Shown: positions 41,234 to 51,585, counted from the stretch's first letter. The stretch: DNA of 64,000 nucleotides from Aulosira sp. ZfuVER01 (GCA_034530615.2 JAVRCV020000012.1:26880-90879); one strand, 5' to 3'. Notes: a model not told the origin generated them from the letters alone. Program-made: numbers and translations.

Positions 41234-41269
41234 TCGTAGTTGCGCTTTAGCGCTAAAGCGCAACTACGA
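41234..41269. repeat. Perfect 36-bp palindrome (GTAG...CTAC REP-like)
   Basis: TCGTAGTTGCGCTTTAGC|GCTAAAGCGCAACTACGA. Confidence 0.9.
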
Positions 41270-41460
41270 GCCAAATGCAAAGATTTTACTTTTCATTATA
41301 TACTTATAAATCTTCCCACGGAGTTACTTAGTTAAAGAGAGAAATCATTATTAAATAAAAAACGTAATTTTGTCTTGAAAATATAAATTACGAAAACATT
41401 TCTTGTAAAAAAAAATAGAAAAAATATGATCAATAACTCATCTATCTGCTCTTCATTATT

Positions 41461-42675
41461 ATGAAGATTCTTCACATTATTCCTTCTGTTAGTAAGGTGC
41501 GTGGTGGTACTAGCCAAGTTGTTCTCAATATGGTCAAAGCATTAAGAGAAAACAATATCAATGCTGAAATTCTCACGACTAACGACAATGGTGATAGTTT
41601 ATTAGATGTTACTTTAAACAAACTGATTGAGTATGAGCAAGTTCCCATCAGGTTTTTTGCTCGGTTTTCACCAAATTGCCAAATTATTCGAGAATATGCT
41701 TTCTCTTGGCATCTCACAGTCTGGCTCTGGCAGAATATTAGCCAGTATGATATTTTGCACATTCATGCTATTTTTTCTTATGCATCTACAATCGCAATGG
41801 TGATCGCCCGCCAAAAAAATATTCCTTATATTGTGATACCACATGGTTTACTATGTGAGTGGTCTTTACAACAAAAAAAATGCAAAAAACAAATTTATTT
41901 AAAACTAATAGAAAAAGCAAATATAGAAAGAAGTCGGGCAATACACTTTATCTCTCAAAAGGAACAGCAGGAATTTTACAAATTAGGATTAAATGTACCC
42001 AGTTTTGTCTTAAGACTGGGAATTTCACCACCCAAATTGATTCCTAATGCTTATTATCGGCTGCGCGAATACCTGCAAGTTTCTGCCGATGAACCTGTGA
42101 TTTTATTTATGTCTCGTCTCCACCCGAAAAAAGGTTTAGATTATTTAATTTTAGCTTTGGCTCAACTCACTCACCATCGGTTCACTTTTGTAATTGCAGG
42201 TAGTGGTTCCCAAGAATATAAAGCTGAAATAGAATTTCTTGTTACCTCTAGTGGAATTTGTAATCGCATACATTTTATCGGCTTTGTAGAAGGAGAGAAG
42301 AAAAATATATTGCTGCAAGGTGCAGACGTATTTACCCTGACATCCCACTCAGAAAATTTTGCTGTAGCTGTGATGGAGGCTTTAGCTGTTGGCGTTCCTG
42401 TTATTGTGAGTTCTGGAGTAGCTTTAGCTTCTGTGATTGAAAAAAATCAATTAGGTTACGTTACCCAACTGAATGTAGCTGCGATCGCATCGGCATTAGA
42501 AAATTATTTTAACCATCCGCAAGAGGCAAAAAAAATGGGCGCGCACGCTCGTAACATAATTTACACGAATTATACCTGGGAGAACATAGCTTCTCAGATG
42601 GAAAAAATTTACATCGACATCATTAAAAAAAAGCCTCTCTGCTCTAATCTCAAGCTGGATTTATATGTATGTTAG
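41461..42675 (+). CDS. Glycosyltransferase family 4 (paralog of 37579-38796)
   Basis: RGGTS, SRLHPKKG, SHSENFAVAVMEA. Confidence 0.92.
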   Translation: MKILHIIPSVSKVRGGTSQVVLNMVKALRENNINAEILTTNDNGDSLLDVTLNKLIEYEQVPIRFFARFSPNCQIIREYAFSWHLTVWLWQNISQYDILHIHAIFSYASTIAMVIARQKNIPYIVIPHGLLCEWSLQQKKCKKQIYLKLIEKANIERSRAIHFISQKEQQEFYKLGLNVPSFVLRLGISPPKLIPNAYYRLREYLQVSADEPVILFMSRLHPKKGLDYLILALAQLTHHRFTFVIAGSGSQEYKAEIEFLVTSSGICNRIHFIGFVEGEKKNILLQGADVFTLTSHSENFAVAVMEALAVGVPVIVSSGVALASVIEKNQLGYVTQLNVAAIASALENYFNHPQEAKKMGAHARNIIYTNYTWENIASQMEKIYIDIIKKKPLCSNLKLDLYVC

Positions 42676-43481
42676 AAAAAATCACTCCTCTCATTCTCAC
42701 TTACAACGAAGCATCAAACATTGATCGCACCCTGCAAAAACTAACTTGGGCAAATAGAATCGTTGTGATTGACAGTTACAGCACAGATGAAACCTTAGAG
42801 ATTTTGTCTGCCTATCCCCAAGTCCAAGTCTTCCAAAGAAAGTTTGATTCCTTTGCTGCTCAGTGTAACTATGGAATAGAAAAAATTACATCGGAGTGGG
42901 TACTTTCATTAGATGCTGATTATGTTTGCACTGACAAGTTAATTAATGAAATTAATGCACTTTTAGAAGAACCAAACGTCAATAGCTACAGTGTTAGGTT
43001 CAAGTACTGCATATATGGTAAACCTTTACGCGGTACTTTACTACCACCTCGGAAAGTACTCTACAGAAGAGATCAAGCCAATTACCAAGATGATGGCCAT
43101 GCTCATCATGTTCTAGTAAGGGGAAATTCACAGATGCTTTCTAGCTACATTTATCACGATGATCGCAAATCCCTAAGTCGCTGGTTATGGGCACAGGATC
43201 GTTATATGGTGATTGAGGCGAAGAAATTACATGAAACTCCCATCAGTGAATTGAGTTGGAGCGATCGCATCCGTCAACAGAAATTACTTGCTCCATTGCT
43301 TATTTTAATCTATTGCCTGATTTTTAAAGGTTGTATACTTGATGGTTGGAATGGCTGGTATTATTCTTTTCAGCGGCTGCTAGCCGAGATTTTGTTATCA
43401 ATTCACCTGATTGAGTATGAAAAACGCCACAAAGGAAAACTTTTGCTCAAAAACCTTGTAGGCTCCAGTGCAAAAGTCTAG
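42669..43481 (+). CDS. Glycosyltransferase family 2 (beta-glucosyltransferase-like)
   Basis: ILTYNE, IDSYSTD, WVLSLDAD. Confidence 0.9.
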   Translation: MLEKITPLILTYNEASNIDRTLQKLTWANRIVVIDSYSTDETLEILSAYPQVQVFQRKFDSFAAQCNYGIEKITSEWVLSLDADYVCTDKLINEINALLEEPNVNSYSVRFKYCIYGKPLRGTLLPPRKVLYRRDQANYQDDGHAHHVLVRGNSQMLSSYIYHDDRKSLSRWLWAQDRYMVIEAKKLHETPISELSWSDRIRQQKLLAPLLILIYCLIFKGCILDGWNGWYYSFQRLLAEILLSIHLIEYEKRHKGKLLLKNLVGSSAKV

Positions 43482-44052
43482 ATTGGCGAAATTGCGCCGT
43501 TTTACTTGTTTGACAATCTTCAGTTTCATCTTAGTATTGTGCAGCATCATACCTTTACGAATAGAGCTAGCCTCTTACCAAGCCCCTCGTCCGCAAGCTA
43601 TCCTTACCCTCGGTGGTAGTAGCGATCGCGAAGAATTCACTGCTCAATTGGCTAAATGGTATCCATCTCTGGAAATTTGGGTATCTTCGGGGTCACCACC
43701 AGACGAAGTATACAAAATTTTTCAAACCGCAGGTATTCCCAAAAGCAATCTTCACCTTGACTACCGCGCCACTGATACTGTTACTAACTTTACCACCTTG
43801 GTCTCAGATTTTAAAGAACGCCAGATTCAGCATTTGTTTTTGATTACCTCTCACAATTATCTGCCTAGAGTTAAAGCGATCGCTTTTCTCGTCCTAGGTA
43901 GTCAAGGGATCACCTTCACTCCACTTTCTGTACCATCAGATCAACCCAAAGAATCACGCCTTCGCATTCTGCGAGATATTGTTCGCTCCCTACTTTGGAT
44001 TGTCACAGGTCATACAGGAGCCAGTCTCAAGACTGATCTGGGTCGTTATTAA
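43468..44052 (+). CDS. YdcF/DUF218 family protein
   Basis: N-terminal TM; LTLGG, ATDTVTNF, LITS...PR motifs. Confidence 0.8.
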   Translation: MQKSRLAKLRRFTCLTIFSFILVLCSIIPLRIELASYQAPRPQAILTLGGSSDREEFTAQLAKWYPSLEIWVSSGSPPDEVYKIFQTAGIPKSNLHLDYRATDTVTNFTTLVSDFKERQIQHLFLITSHNYLPRVKAIAFLVLGSQGITFTPLSVPSDQPKESRLRILRDIVRSLLWIVTGHTGASLKTDLGRY

Positions 44053-44054
44053 GC

Positions 44055-44161
44055 TATAGCGGTTCTCAGTTGGATGCAATACAAAATTATATCGTTGCCT
44101 GTAGGGGCACGGCAGTCCCGTGCCCCTACCAGTGTATTGGACTCAACCGATAACTGCTATA
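44055..44161. repeat. MITE-like element enclosing a GTAG-type REP hairpin
   Basis: Outer arms TATAGCGGTTCTCAGTTG / CAACCGATAACTGCTATA; inner GTAGGGGCACGG-CAGTC-CCGTGCCCCTAC (44101-44129). Confidence 0.8.
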
Positions 44162-44212
44162 AAACAAATTTCAAATTCTCTCACAAATCTATAAATTTAA
44201 AGTCAAACTAAT

Positions 44213-45946
44213 ATGAACATTCTCGGAATTAACGCCTACCACGGCGATGCCTCCGCTTGCTTGCTCAAAAACGGTGAACTCGTTGCCGCAGTTGAAGAAG
44301 AACGGTTTAATCGAGTTAAACATTGGGCAGGATTTCCCGCCGAATCTATTCGCTATTGCTTAAAAGTTGCTGGTATTGGTGCTACAGACTTAGACCATGT
44401 TGCAGTATCCTTCAATCCCAAAGCAAACCTCAAACGTAAGCTAGTATTTACCCTGCAAAATCGTCCTACTGTGCGATCGCTTTCGGATCGATTTAACAAG
44501 CAAAGCAAATCTGCGAGTCTTCTGCAACAACTAGCCGATGCTTGTTACTGCCAAGTAGAAGATATCCGCGCTAAAATCCACAACTTGGAGCATCATACTA
44601 CTCATTTAGCTAGTGGTTTTTTTGTTTCTCCTTTTGAAGAGGCAGCAATTTTATCAATCGACGGCATGGGAGATTTTGTCAGCACCCTCTTGGCTGCCGG
44701 ACACGGTAACGAGTTAAAATATTTCTCTCGCACTTACTACCCTCATTCCGTCGGCTACCTCTACAATGCTATTACTCTTTACCTAGGCTTTCCTGCCTAC
44801 GGAGATGAGTATAAAGTTATGGGATTAGCCCCCTATGGCGAACCTGAATACTTGGAAGCTTTTCGCCGGGTTATTTACCCCAAAGGAGACAGCTTTGAGT
44901 TGAACCTGGATTATTTTACCCACCACACCCAAGGTATTGCGATGAATTGGGAAAGTGGTTCTCCAAGTGTCCAACCGTTTCACAGTCCTGAGTTAGAAAA
45001 ATTACTCGGTCCGGCGCGAGATCCCAAATCGGAAGTGACATCAAAGCATCAAAATATTGCTGCATCTGTGCAAGCTGTAACTGAAGAAATTATCTTTCAT
45101 CTGCTTAGGAGTTTAGGCGATCGCTACAAGAGTGATAATCTTTGTTTAGTGGGTGGTGTAGCCATGAATTCTGTCGCTAATGGCAAAATTACCCAAAATA
45201 CCCCTTTTAAAAATATCTACATTCCAATAGGTGCAGCTGACAACGGCACATGCTTTGGTGCAGCTTTCTATATCTGGCATCAAATGCTAAAGCAACCTCG
45301 AAAATTTGTGCTTGACCATGCTTACTGGGGGTCAGAATTTTCTGATGAAGAATGCTTGTTAGCTCTGCAAAATCACAATTTGCAACCCAAAAAATTAGAG
45401 CGAGATGCACTATTAAATCATGTTGTCGATGCTCTGTGTGAAGGTAAAGTAGTCGGTTGGTTCCAAGGCAGAATGGAGTTTGGAGCTAGAGCTTTAGGCA
45501 ATCGAACCCTTCTAGCCGATCCGCGTCGCGCTGATATGCGAGATATTATCAACCTGAAAATCAAATTCCGGGAAAAGTTTCGCCCCTTCGCCCCTAGCAT
45601 CCTTGAAGAAAGAGTCGGCGAATATTTTGAAATCAATGAACCAGCACCGTTCATGGAAAAAGTCTTTAAAATTCGCCCAGAAAAAAGAGAGCTAATTCCT
45701 GCTGTTACCCATGTGGATGGCACAGGTCGCTTACAAAGTGTCAGTTGCCAAACCAACCCTCTCTATTGGGAGTTAATTAATAGCTTTGCTCAACGTACTG
45801 GCATTCCTATTGTTCTCAATACATCTCTCAACGAAAATGAACCCATTGTTCGGACACCAGATGAAGCTATCAAGTGCTTTTTAAGAACTCATATGGATGC
45901 CATTGTCTTAGGTTCTTATTATGTAGAGCGTAGCGATATAAAATAA
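44213..45946 (+). CDS. Carbamoyltransferase (NodU/CmcH family)
   Basis: HGDASA, EEERFNRVKH, EHH..H, EYKVMGLAPYG, GGVAMN, GRMEFGARALGNR, REKFRPFAP, HVDGTGR. Confidence 0.95.
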   Translation: MNILGINAYHGDASACLLKNGELVAAVEEERFNRVKHWAGFPAESIRYCLKVAGIGATDLDHVAVSFNPKANLKRKLVFTLQNRPTVRSLSDRFNKQSKSASLLQQLADACYCQVEDIRAKIHNLEHHTTHLASGFFVSPFEEAAILSIDGMGDFVSTLLAAGHGNELKYFSRTYYPHSVGYLYNAITLYLGFPAYGDEYKVMGLAPYGEPEYLEAFRRVIYPKGDSFELNLDYFTHHTQGIAMNWESGSPSVQPFHSPELEKLLGPARDPKSEVTSKHQNIAASVQAVTEEIIFHLLRSLGDRYKSDNLCLVGGVAMNSVANGKITQNTPFKNIYIPIGAADNGTCFGAAFYIWHQMLKQPRKFVLDHAYWGSEFSDEECLLALQNHNLQPKKLERDALLNHVVDALCEGKVVGWFQGRMEFGARALGNRTLLADPRRADMRDIINLKIKFREKFRPFAPSILEERVGEYFEINEPAPFMEKVFKIRPEKRELIPAVTHVDGTGRLQSVSCQTNPLYWELINSFAQRTGIPIVLNTSLNENEPIVRTPDEAIKCFLRTHMDAIVLGSYYVERSDIK

Positions 45947-45969
45947 GTAGCTGGACAAAAATCTTTACA

Positions 45970-46066
45970 GTCATTGCGAGTGAAGCGTTCGCTGAAAGCG
46001 TTCTCGAAGAGTAGCAATCCCAACCCATGCAATTACCACATCCTGCTCCCCTAAATTCGCAATGAC
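45970..46066. repeat. Dispersed inverted-repeat element with nested 29-bp mini-hairpin insert
   Basis: GTCATTGCGA/TCGCAATGAC arms; the insert at 45986-46014 recurs at 61800-61828. Confidence 0.7.
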
Positions 46067-46181
46067 GAAAGACGAAGATTGGCTTTCATGGCGAATGGAA
46101 CTATCAGATCAAGCCAAGAATATTAACCTAATTGTTCAACTTATTTTTTCTTGACTCCAATTTTTTGATTGTTTTTGTATT

Positions 46182-47357
46182 TTAATTTTTGTTGTTGGAT
46201 AGGCTCTGATACCTCTTGAACCGTAAACCTATACCTAACCCAGCTGCTACCATAATACCTAACATATTATTTGGTTCAGGAACATTGTTAGGCTCTGGGT
46301 CTGCACGAAAGATGCCTGTAGTACCATCCGCAAGTTTGGCATAGAAGGCGAGCTGGTTGGCGTCATTCAACCCTTGATTGGAAAAAAAGAGGTCTGTGAC
46401 TGTTGAACCAAATAGAGGATCTCCAGCCGTAATCACCTTATCAGTCAACGGGTTTGATCCAGTGAAGATGCCCAAACCCCCAGCCTTTAGGACGCCCTTG
46501 AATGCTACAGTTCCTGAATTATTGATGGCTGGATTTTCAAAGAAGTTAAATTGACCACTGTTATCAGCAATAGTGGTCATCGTCCCATCTCTAACAGTGA
46601 AGATACCTTCGCCTGCTAAGGCTTTTACGACACCTTTGAAGGCAACGATGCCTGAGTTGGTAATGACGGGGGGAAACAAGAAGCTAAAGCGATCGCTGGT
46701 ATCGACAGCAGTGGTAGTATTTTGCCCATCACTGATTAAAATGCCACTGTTTCCATTAATTTGCCTAGCTGAGAAGGCAACGCTGCCTTCATCATTGATC
46801 GCGTAGCCATCTAAGAAGCTATAGGGAATGTTGGTAGTATCTGCAATGGTACTCTTCGCACCGTTGCTACTTGTGAAAATAGCACGACCTCCGTTAATAT
46901 TAGAGGAAAAAGCTACAGTGCCTTCATTATTGATTACGGGATCTCCAAATGCACCTATAGGTTGACTGCTGTCAGCAATGGTAGTGAGTTTCCCCTGGCT
47001 ATCAACAGTAAATATGCCACTGCCTATAGTCTTTAGGTTAGCCTTCAAGGCAACAACGCCTGCATTGTTAATTGCAGGATGGGAAGAGAATAAGCTAAAG
47101 ATACCACTAGTATCAGCAATAGTGCTAGTTGTTCCACCATTACCAACGAAGATCCCACTCCCTCCAGAACTGAGGTCTGCCGAAAATACCACAGTTCCTT
47201 GATTGTTGATTGCAGGCCAAATGCCGAAGGAACTAAAAGTGCCATTATTGGTTTCAGCAATTTTAGTGAAAGTGAAGGCAAAAGCTTCGCTCGTAGGGAG
47301 TAAGCTTACAGATACACCAACTAAAGTTAGCACTGGTAACCATTTGATTGCAGTCAT
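46182..47357 (-). CDS. PEP-CTERM-sorted surface protein with seven NxxGxxAF-type repeats (probable 7-blade propeller)
   Basis: Signal peptide (…SEAFA); repeats such as PAINNQGTVVF, PVINNEGTVAF, PAINNSGTVAF; C-terminal VPEP + TM + basic tail. Likely start ATG 47357. Confidence 0.88.
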   Translation of the reverse strand: MTAIKWLPVLTLVGVSVSLLPTSEAFAFTFTKIAETNNGTFSSFGIWPAINNQGTVVFSADLSSGGSGIFVGNGGTTSTIADTSGIFSLFSSHPAINNAGVVALKANLKTIGSGIFTVDSQGKLTTIADSSQPIGAFGDPVINNEGTVAFSSNINGGRAIFTSSNGAKSTIADTTNIPYSFLDGYAINDEGSVAFSARQINGNSGILISDGQNTTTAVDTSDRFSFLFPPVITNSGIVAFKGVVKALAGEGIFTVRDGTMTTIADNSGQFNFFENPAINNSGTVAFKGVLKAGGLGIFTGSNPLTDKVITAGDPLFGSTVTDLFFSNQGLNDANQLAFYAKLADGTTGIFRADPEPNNVPEPNNMLGIMVAAGLGIGLRFKRYQSLSNNKN

Positions 47358-47768
47358 CGGCCTGTAAATCCTCAATTTTAGAAGTTACTAAAGACTTTGC
47401 TAAATGTTTTTTTGATTAAGTTTGGAAAGTGTATAGAAACATATACTAAAACCAATTTTATAATGTTTAGTATCTTTGTTACTTATAGGAATAATTTTGT
47501 CAATTGCCCAGTTCATGACATTTGAATTGAAACTCTCTGCTTTACCTCAATGATTTGTGGTAAGGCATGGGGCAAGTAAGCCGACTATGCTGGGCTTCAA
47601 AGTCTTGTTTAGCAACGATTAAATTTTCCTCTGATTATAGAAATTAAAAAGCATTTATAATTGGCAGCTTTCCAACTGAGTGAAGCTAGGTTAAAAATTT
47701 ATGATATCTGCGAAATAGAAGATAAAAACTGTTATAAAAAAGAAAAGAAACTATACATAATAAAAAAA

Positions 47769-49364
47769 ATGATAATCCCTTCAGAAAGACCTCTAAAAGA
47801 TTTACTTACTCCCCAATCTGAGAAGTCTTCATTAGAAGTGGACTCTGACGAGTGGGAATTACGAATAGCAACATTAGTTGGGTTGGAAGCAGAATCTTTA
47901 TCTGTTGATGCCGAAGTAGTAGCAGAATCTACTAACTTGCAGCCATCATTGACTCAACCTTCAGAAGTAAAAACTGAGCAATCACTCTCATCTAATCCTT
48001 TTGCCAAGTTGGGCTTGGTAGCTACTGCTACTTTAGCTGTAGTATTAATCGCTGGCGGATTTTTCTCGCAGTTGATGAGTACTAATAATCAAAAGCCAGA
48101 AAATAATAATATTGCTTCCCTAGAAATACAACCACCAACAAAAAAAGAATCGAGTTATCAAGATTTTGAGGGAGAAGTAGACACTCTCAAAACCAAATTA
48201 GCCCTGACTCAACAAGCAGAGGCTGTGAAACTAGCACAACAACAGCTAAGAAGTGGAAAACCAATATCAGCTTCTCAGTTAGCCGTTAAACAGAATTCAC
48301 AACCAGATGCTTTTCCATATAGACGAACGGTGATACAAAGAATCCCAACACCGATATCAACAGTTTATGTACCTCAGATAAAGACAGTTGAGCGCCTTAT
48401 TAGAGTTCCCTATACTCAACAAACACGTCTTTCTCAACCTTCACTATCACCCCAGCCAATAGGTAGAAAAGTAACAACTCAACCATTAGTCAATGTAACT
48501 CCACCACCTACAACAAACCCCATCCAAGAATCGACAAGGTTAGCAAATGTAGGACAGGCATCTGTTACTTATCAACCTCACGTTAATACAACGACTCCAA
48601 CCAACCAAATAAATAACCAGATACCACAAAGCACAATCAATCCTCAGGCTGAACAAACGCCTAGGCAGCAAACTTCTGTGGTGAGCCAAGGAGTGCAGCA
48701 GAGTCCAAAATCTCTAGCAGTTGGAAGTCATGCCAAAGCTGTGCTGGCGACAGCTTTATTTGGAGAAACAAGTAAGTCCACAAATAGCGATAAAGATAGC
48801 GATAACAAAAATGTATTTGTAGTACGGTTGAAAGAACCATTAAAAACTGTGGATGGTGCGATCGCTATTCCGGCAAATACTGAATTATTAACTGAAATTC
48901 GTTCTCTTTCCGAACAAGGCTTCCTACAACTGGATGTAGTAAAAATTGTGATGAACAACAATGGCAACCTTTCAGAGAAGAGCTTACCACAAAATGCGAT
49001 GATGATTCGTGCTCCCCAAGGTAAACCTCTGATCGCCAACCAGTTTCCTAATCGAGGGTCATCTATTTTAAGTATGGACATAGGACTATTTGTCTTAGGT
49101 GGTCTTGGTAAAGCAGCAGAGTTATCTAACCGTACTGAGTCTCAAGTTGTGACTACAAATGCTGGTGGTACTATCATTAGCAATACCAACCCTAAACGCA
49201 ATATCCTGGCTGGAGCTTTGGAAGGTGGTATGAATACTGTGGTTCCCCAAATTGCCCAACGCAATCAACAAGCAATTTCCCAAATGAGTCAACGAACTAA
49301 TGTTTGGTTTCTACCTGCTGGTACAGCAGTTGAAATCTATGTCAATCAAGTCATGCAATTTTAG
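47769..49364 (+). CDS. TrbI/VirB10-like membrane-anchored protein
   Basis: Single TM after NPFAK, coiled coil, Pro/Gln/Thr-rich linker, C-terminal IP.NT.L and LPAGTAVEIYVN beta-domain. Start uncertain (47661 or 47769). Confidence 0.6.
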   Translation: MIIPSERPLKDLLTPQSEKSSLEVDSDEWELRIATLVGLEAESLSVDAEVVAESTNLQPSLTQPSEVKTEQSLSSNPFAKLGLVATATLAVVLIAGGFFSQLMSTNNQKPENNNIASLEIQPPTKKESSYQDFEGEVDTLKTKLALTQQAEAVKLAQQQLRSGKPISASQLAVKQNSQPDAFPYRRTVIQRIPTPISTVYVPQIKTVERLIRVPYTQQTRLSQPSLSPQPIGRKVTTQPLVNVTPPPTTNPIQESTRLANVGQASVTYQPHVNTTTPTNQINNQIPQSTINPQAEQTPRQQTSVVSQGVQQSPKSLAVGSHAKAVLATALFGETSKSTNSDKDSDNKNVFVVRLKEPLKTVDGAIAIPANTELLTEIRSLSEQGFLQLDVVKIVMNNNGNLSEKSLPQNAMMIRAPQGKPLIANQFPNRGSSILSMDIGLFVLGGLGKAAELSNRTESQVVTTNAGGTIISNTNPKRNILAGALEGGMNTVVPQIAQRNQQAISQMSQRTNVWFLPAGTAVEIYVNQVMQF

Positions 49365-49405
49365 AAGTCAAGAGTTGGCATTCTTAAATCTATAGCGACT
49401 ATAGG

Positions 49406-49437
<32 letters not shown>

Positions 49438-50095
49438 TTGTAGCCATAGTACGTTAGTCATCGGCTATATATTTTTTACTTGTTAGTATGCATGATTCAG
49501 GTGATAAGTACTGTAGCGTATCACCTGTTAATCAATGTTTATTTCTAAAATTAATATATTTTTTAGCGATTTTTTTATGAATAAATAAAAATTTATAATT
49601 GCTCCAGATTTTCAAGAATTCAACATTTGTGCAAAACGTTGTAGTTATAACAGATTTTTTTCAAAAACTATGGATAATAGATAGACCGATATCATCTTTG
49701 CTATCTTTAATCACAGTTTTATTTTCCGGTGAATTCCAAGCTAGGCAGCAACTTTAGAGACATCATACAAGTAATAATTGGTTAGTAACCCTGATTGAAG
49801 CTGTCAAGATTTAATCACTATTTGATGACATAAATGTAAGAATTGCATATAGTGTATTGGAATATTTCTAAATAATATTGGGGAATTTGTTAGCAGGTGA
49901 TACAAAATCAGTTAACAAAATTTTAAGGTATTTAAAACTCTTATTAAGATTAGCAATTTCCCTCTAGAAATTTGTCAATAGTTTGTTTTATAGTTTAAAA
50001 GCTTGATTCATTCTATTCAAGGAATAGATTAAGAAATCTCAAACAATACAACCTATCCCAATTTGGTATAAAAGGTTTACTGAAATAGTTCTGAG

Positions 50096-50124
50096 GTAAG
50101 GGTTTAGCAATGCTAAATCCCTAA
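50096..50124. repeat. Degenerate GTAG-type REP-like hairpin
   Basis: GTAAGGGTTTAGCA-A-TGCTAAATCCCTAA. Confidence 0.55.
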
Positions 50125-50268
50125 ATTTATAGGGTTATGCTCAGTACTACTGAATATCTGCGTAAATCGGCTGAGTGTGTATAGCCCTTGATGAGACAGA
50201 AAAATCTGTCTTCATCTCTTGTGGGCGTTGAAATATTCAATTCCCCAAACGGCCAGATTACGGTAGTT

Positions 50269-51243
50269 ATGACCCCTAGCATTACAAATTCAGTAGTGAA
50301 GGCGGCCATTGCAGCCATTGCATCGGAGTCAGCAACTACAGAAGAAAAAATCGAGATGCTGATGGAGATGGCGCTAGGCTTTCAAAAAAAGCCCCAAACT
50401 GCCAAAGACTTGCGGAATGCAGTTTCCCTGTATTACCGGGCTTATCAAATGTGCAGTGAGGATTATCCCTTACTAAAAGCTAAGTCTCTAGTGGGGATGG
50501 CGGGGACGTTACAGATAATTCCAGATGTAGGTTCGCAACTGTTGCTGCAAGCGAAAGCTGGTTATGAAGAGGCATTGCCAATTTTACAAGAGTTAGCAAC
50601 GCCAACAGAAGTGGCAGAGGCACAGATGAACTTGGGGTTGGTGTTGCAATCGCTAGTACCCTTCAATTTAGCGCGGATTGTCGATAGCATCAAAGCCTAT
50701 CACGAGGCTTTACGGGTGTTTACCTGGCAAGAATATCCTCAAGAATACGCCATTTTATCCAACAATATTGCGATCGCCTACCTTTCTATGCCCCTAGCAT
50801 CAGAACGGGAATATTTGCGTCAGGGATTAGCAATACAGACATTGGAAATAGCACTAAAGCATATTCATCTGAGTGATCATCCTCGGGAATATGCGATGTT
50901 GCAAAACAATTTGGGTAATGCTTGGCAATATTTAGTCAGTGACCATCCTCTAGAGAATAACTTACGCGCGATCGCAGCTTATGATGAAGCTTTAAAAGTG
51001 CGTAACTCCAAAGACACACCTCTCGACTACGCTAACACAATTTCTAACAAAGCTAATGCTCTATGCAACTTACCCGACGAGCCTCAAAAACCAGAAGTCG
51101 GTAATTTGCACAATCTCTTACAAGCAAGTACCTACTATCAAGAAGCTTGGAAAATCTTCACCCAATACCAACAGCTAGAACAAGCACAACTAGTAGACCA
51201 AGCAATGCAAGAAATTGTTGCTGAGATTACAAATCCAGAATAG
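50269..51243 (+). CDS. TPR-like helical repeat protein of the extended hyp region (copy 1)
   Basis: AEAQMNLG, YAILSNNIA, YAMLQNNLG, YANTISNKA repeats. Start aligned with the paralog (MTPSIT). Confidence 0.8.
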   Translation: MTPSITNSVVKAAIAAIASESATTEEKIEMLMEMALGFQKKPQTAKDLRNAVSLYYRAYQMCSEDYPLLKAKSLVGMAGTLQIIPDVGSQLLLQAKAGYEEALPILQELATPTEVAEAQMNLGLVLQSLVPFNLARIVDSIKAYHEALRVFTWQEYPQEYAILSNNIAIAYLSMPLASEREYLRQGLAIQTLEIALKHIHLSDHPREYAMLQNNLGNAWQYLVSDHPLENNLRAIAAYDEALKVRNSKDTPLDYANTISNKANALCNLPDEPQKPEVGNLHNLLQASTYYQEAWKIFTQYQQLEQAQLVDQAMQEIVAEITNPE

Positions 51244-51336
51244 TCAACAGTTAGCAGGTAACAGTTAGTAGTTATTAGCTTGTGTAATCTGTACTAATTA
51301 GCAATTAACCATTTTCTATCAAAAGGCACCTAAGAA

Positions 51337-51585
51337 ATGAGAGATGTCTTGACAAGTCTTGCCAGCAGTTTAGCATCTGGAGAACTTAACATCACCACAG
51401 AATTAGTGTGGATATTAATAGCAACTATTTTATCTATGCTTGGTGGTGCTATTGGGGGGATGCTATTAGCTGGAAAAGATATAGGTTATAAGTTTTCGGC
51501 AATGTTGGGTGGATTATTTGGCCCTGTGGGTGTGATTCCTACCATACTTTTAGGGCTAGCTGTACTGAATTTGTTAACAAATTAA
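51337..51585 (+). CDS. Small membrane protein of the extended hyp region
   Basis: 82 aa, Gly-rich hydrophobic helices; position matches the small ORFs upstream of cyanobacterial hyp genes. Confidence 0.7.
   Translation: MRDVLTSLASSLASGELNITTELVWILIATILSMLGGAIGGMLLAGKDIGYKFSAMLGGLFGPVGVIPTILLGLAVLNLLTN

Noticed and set aside
18663..42675. Assigning hps (hormogonium polysaccharide) gene symbols to the GTs
   Set aside because: Only family-level resemblance is visible; orthology cannot be established without searches.
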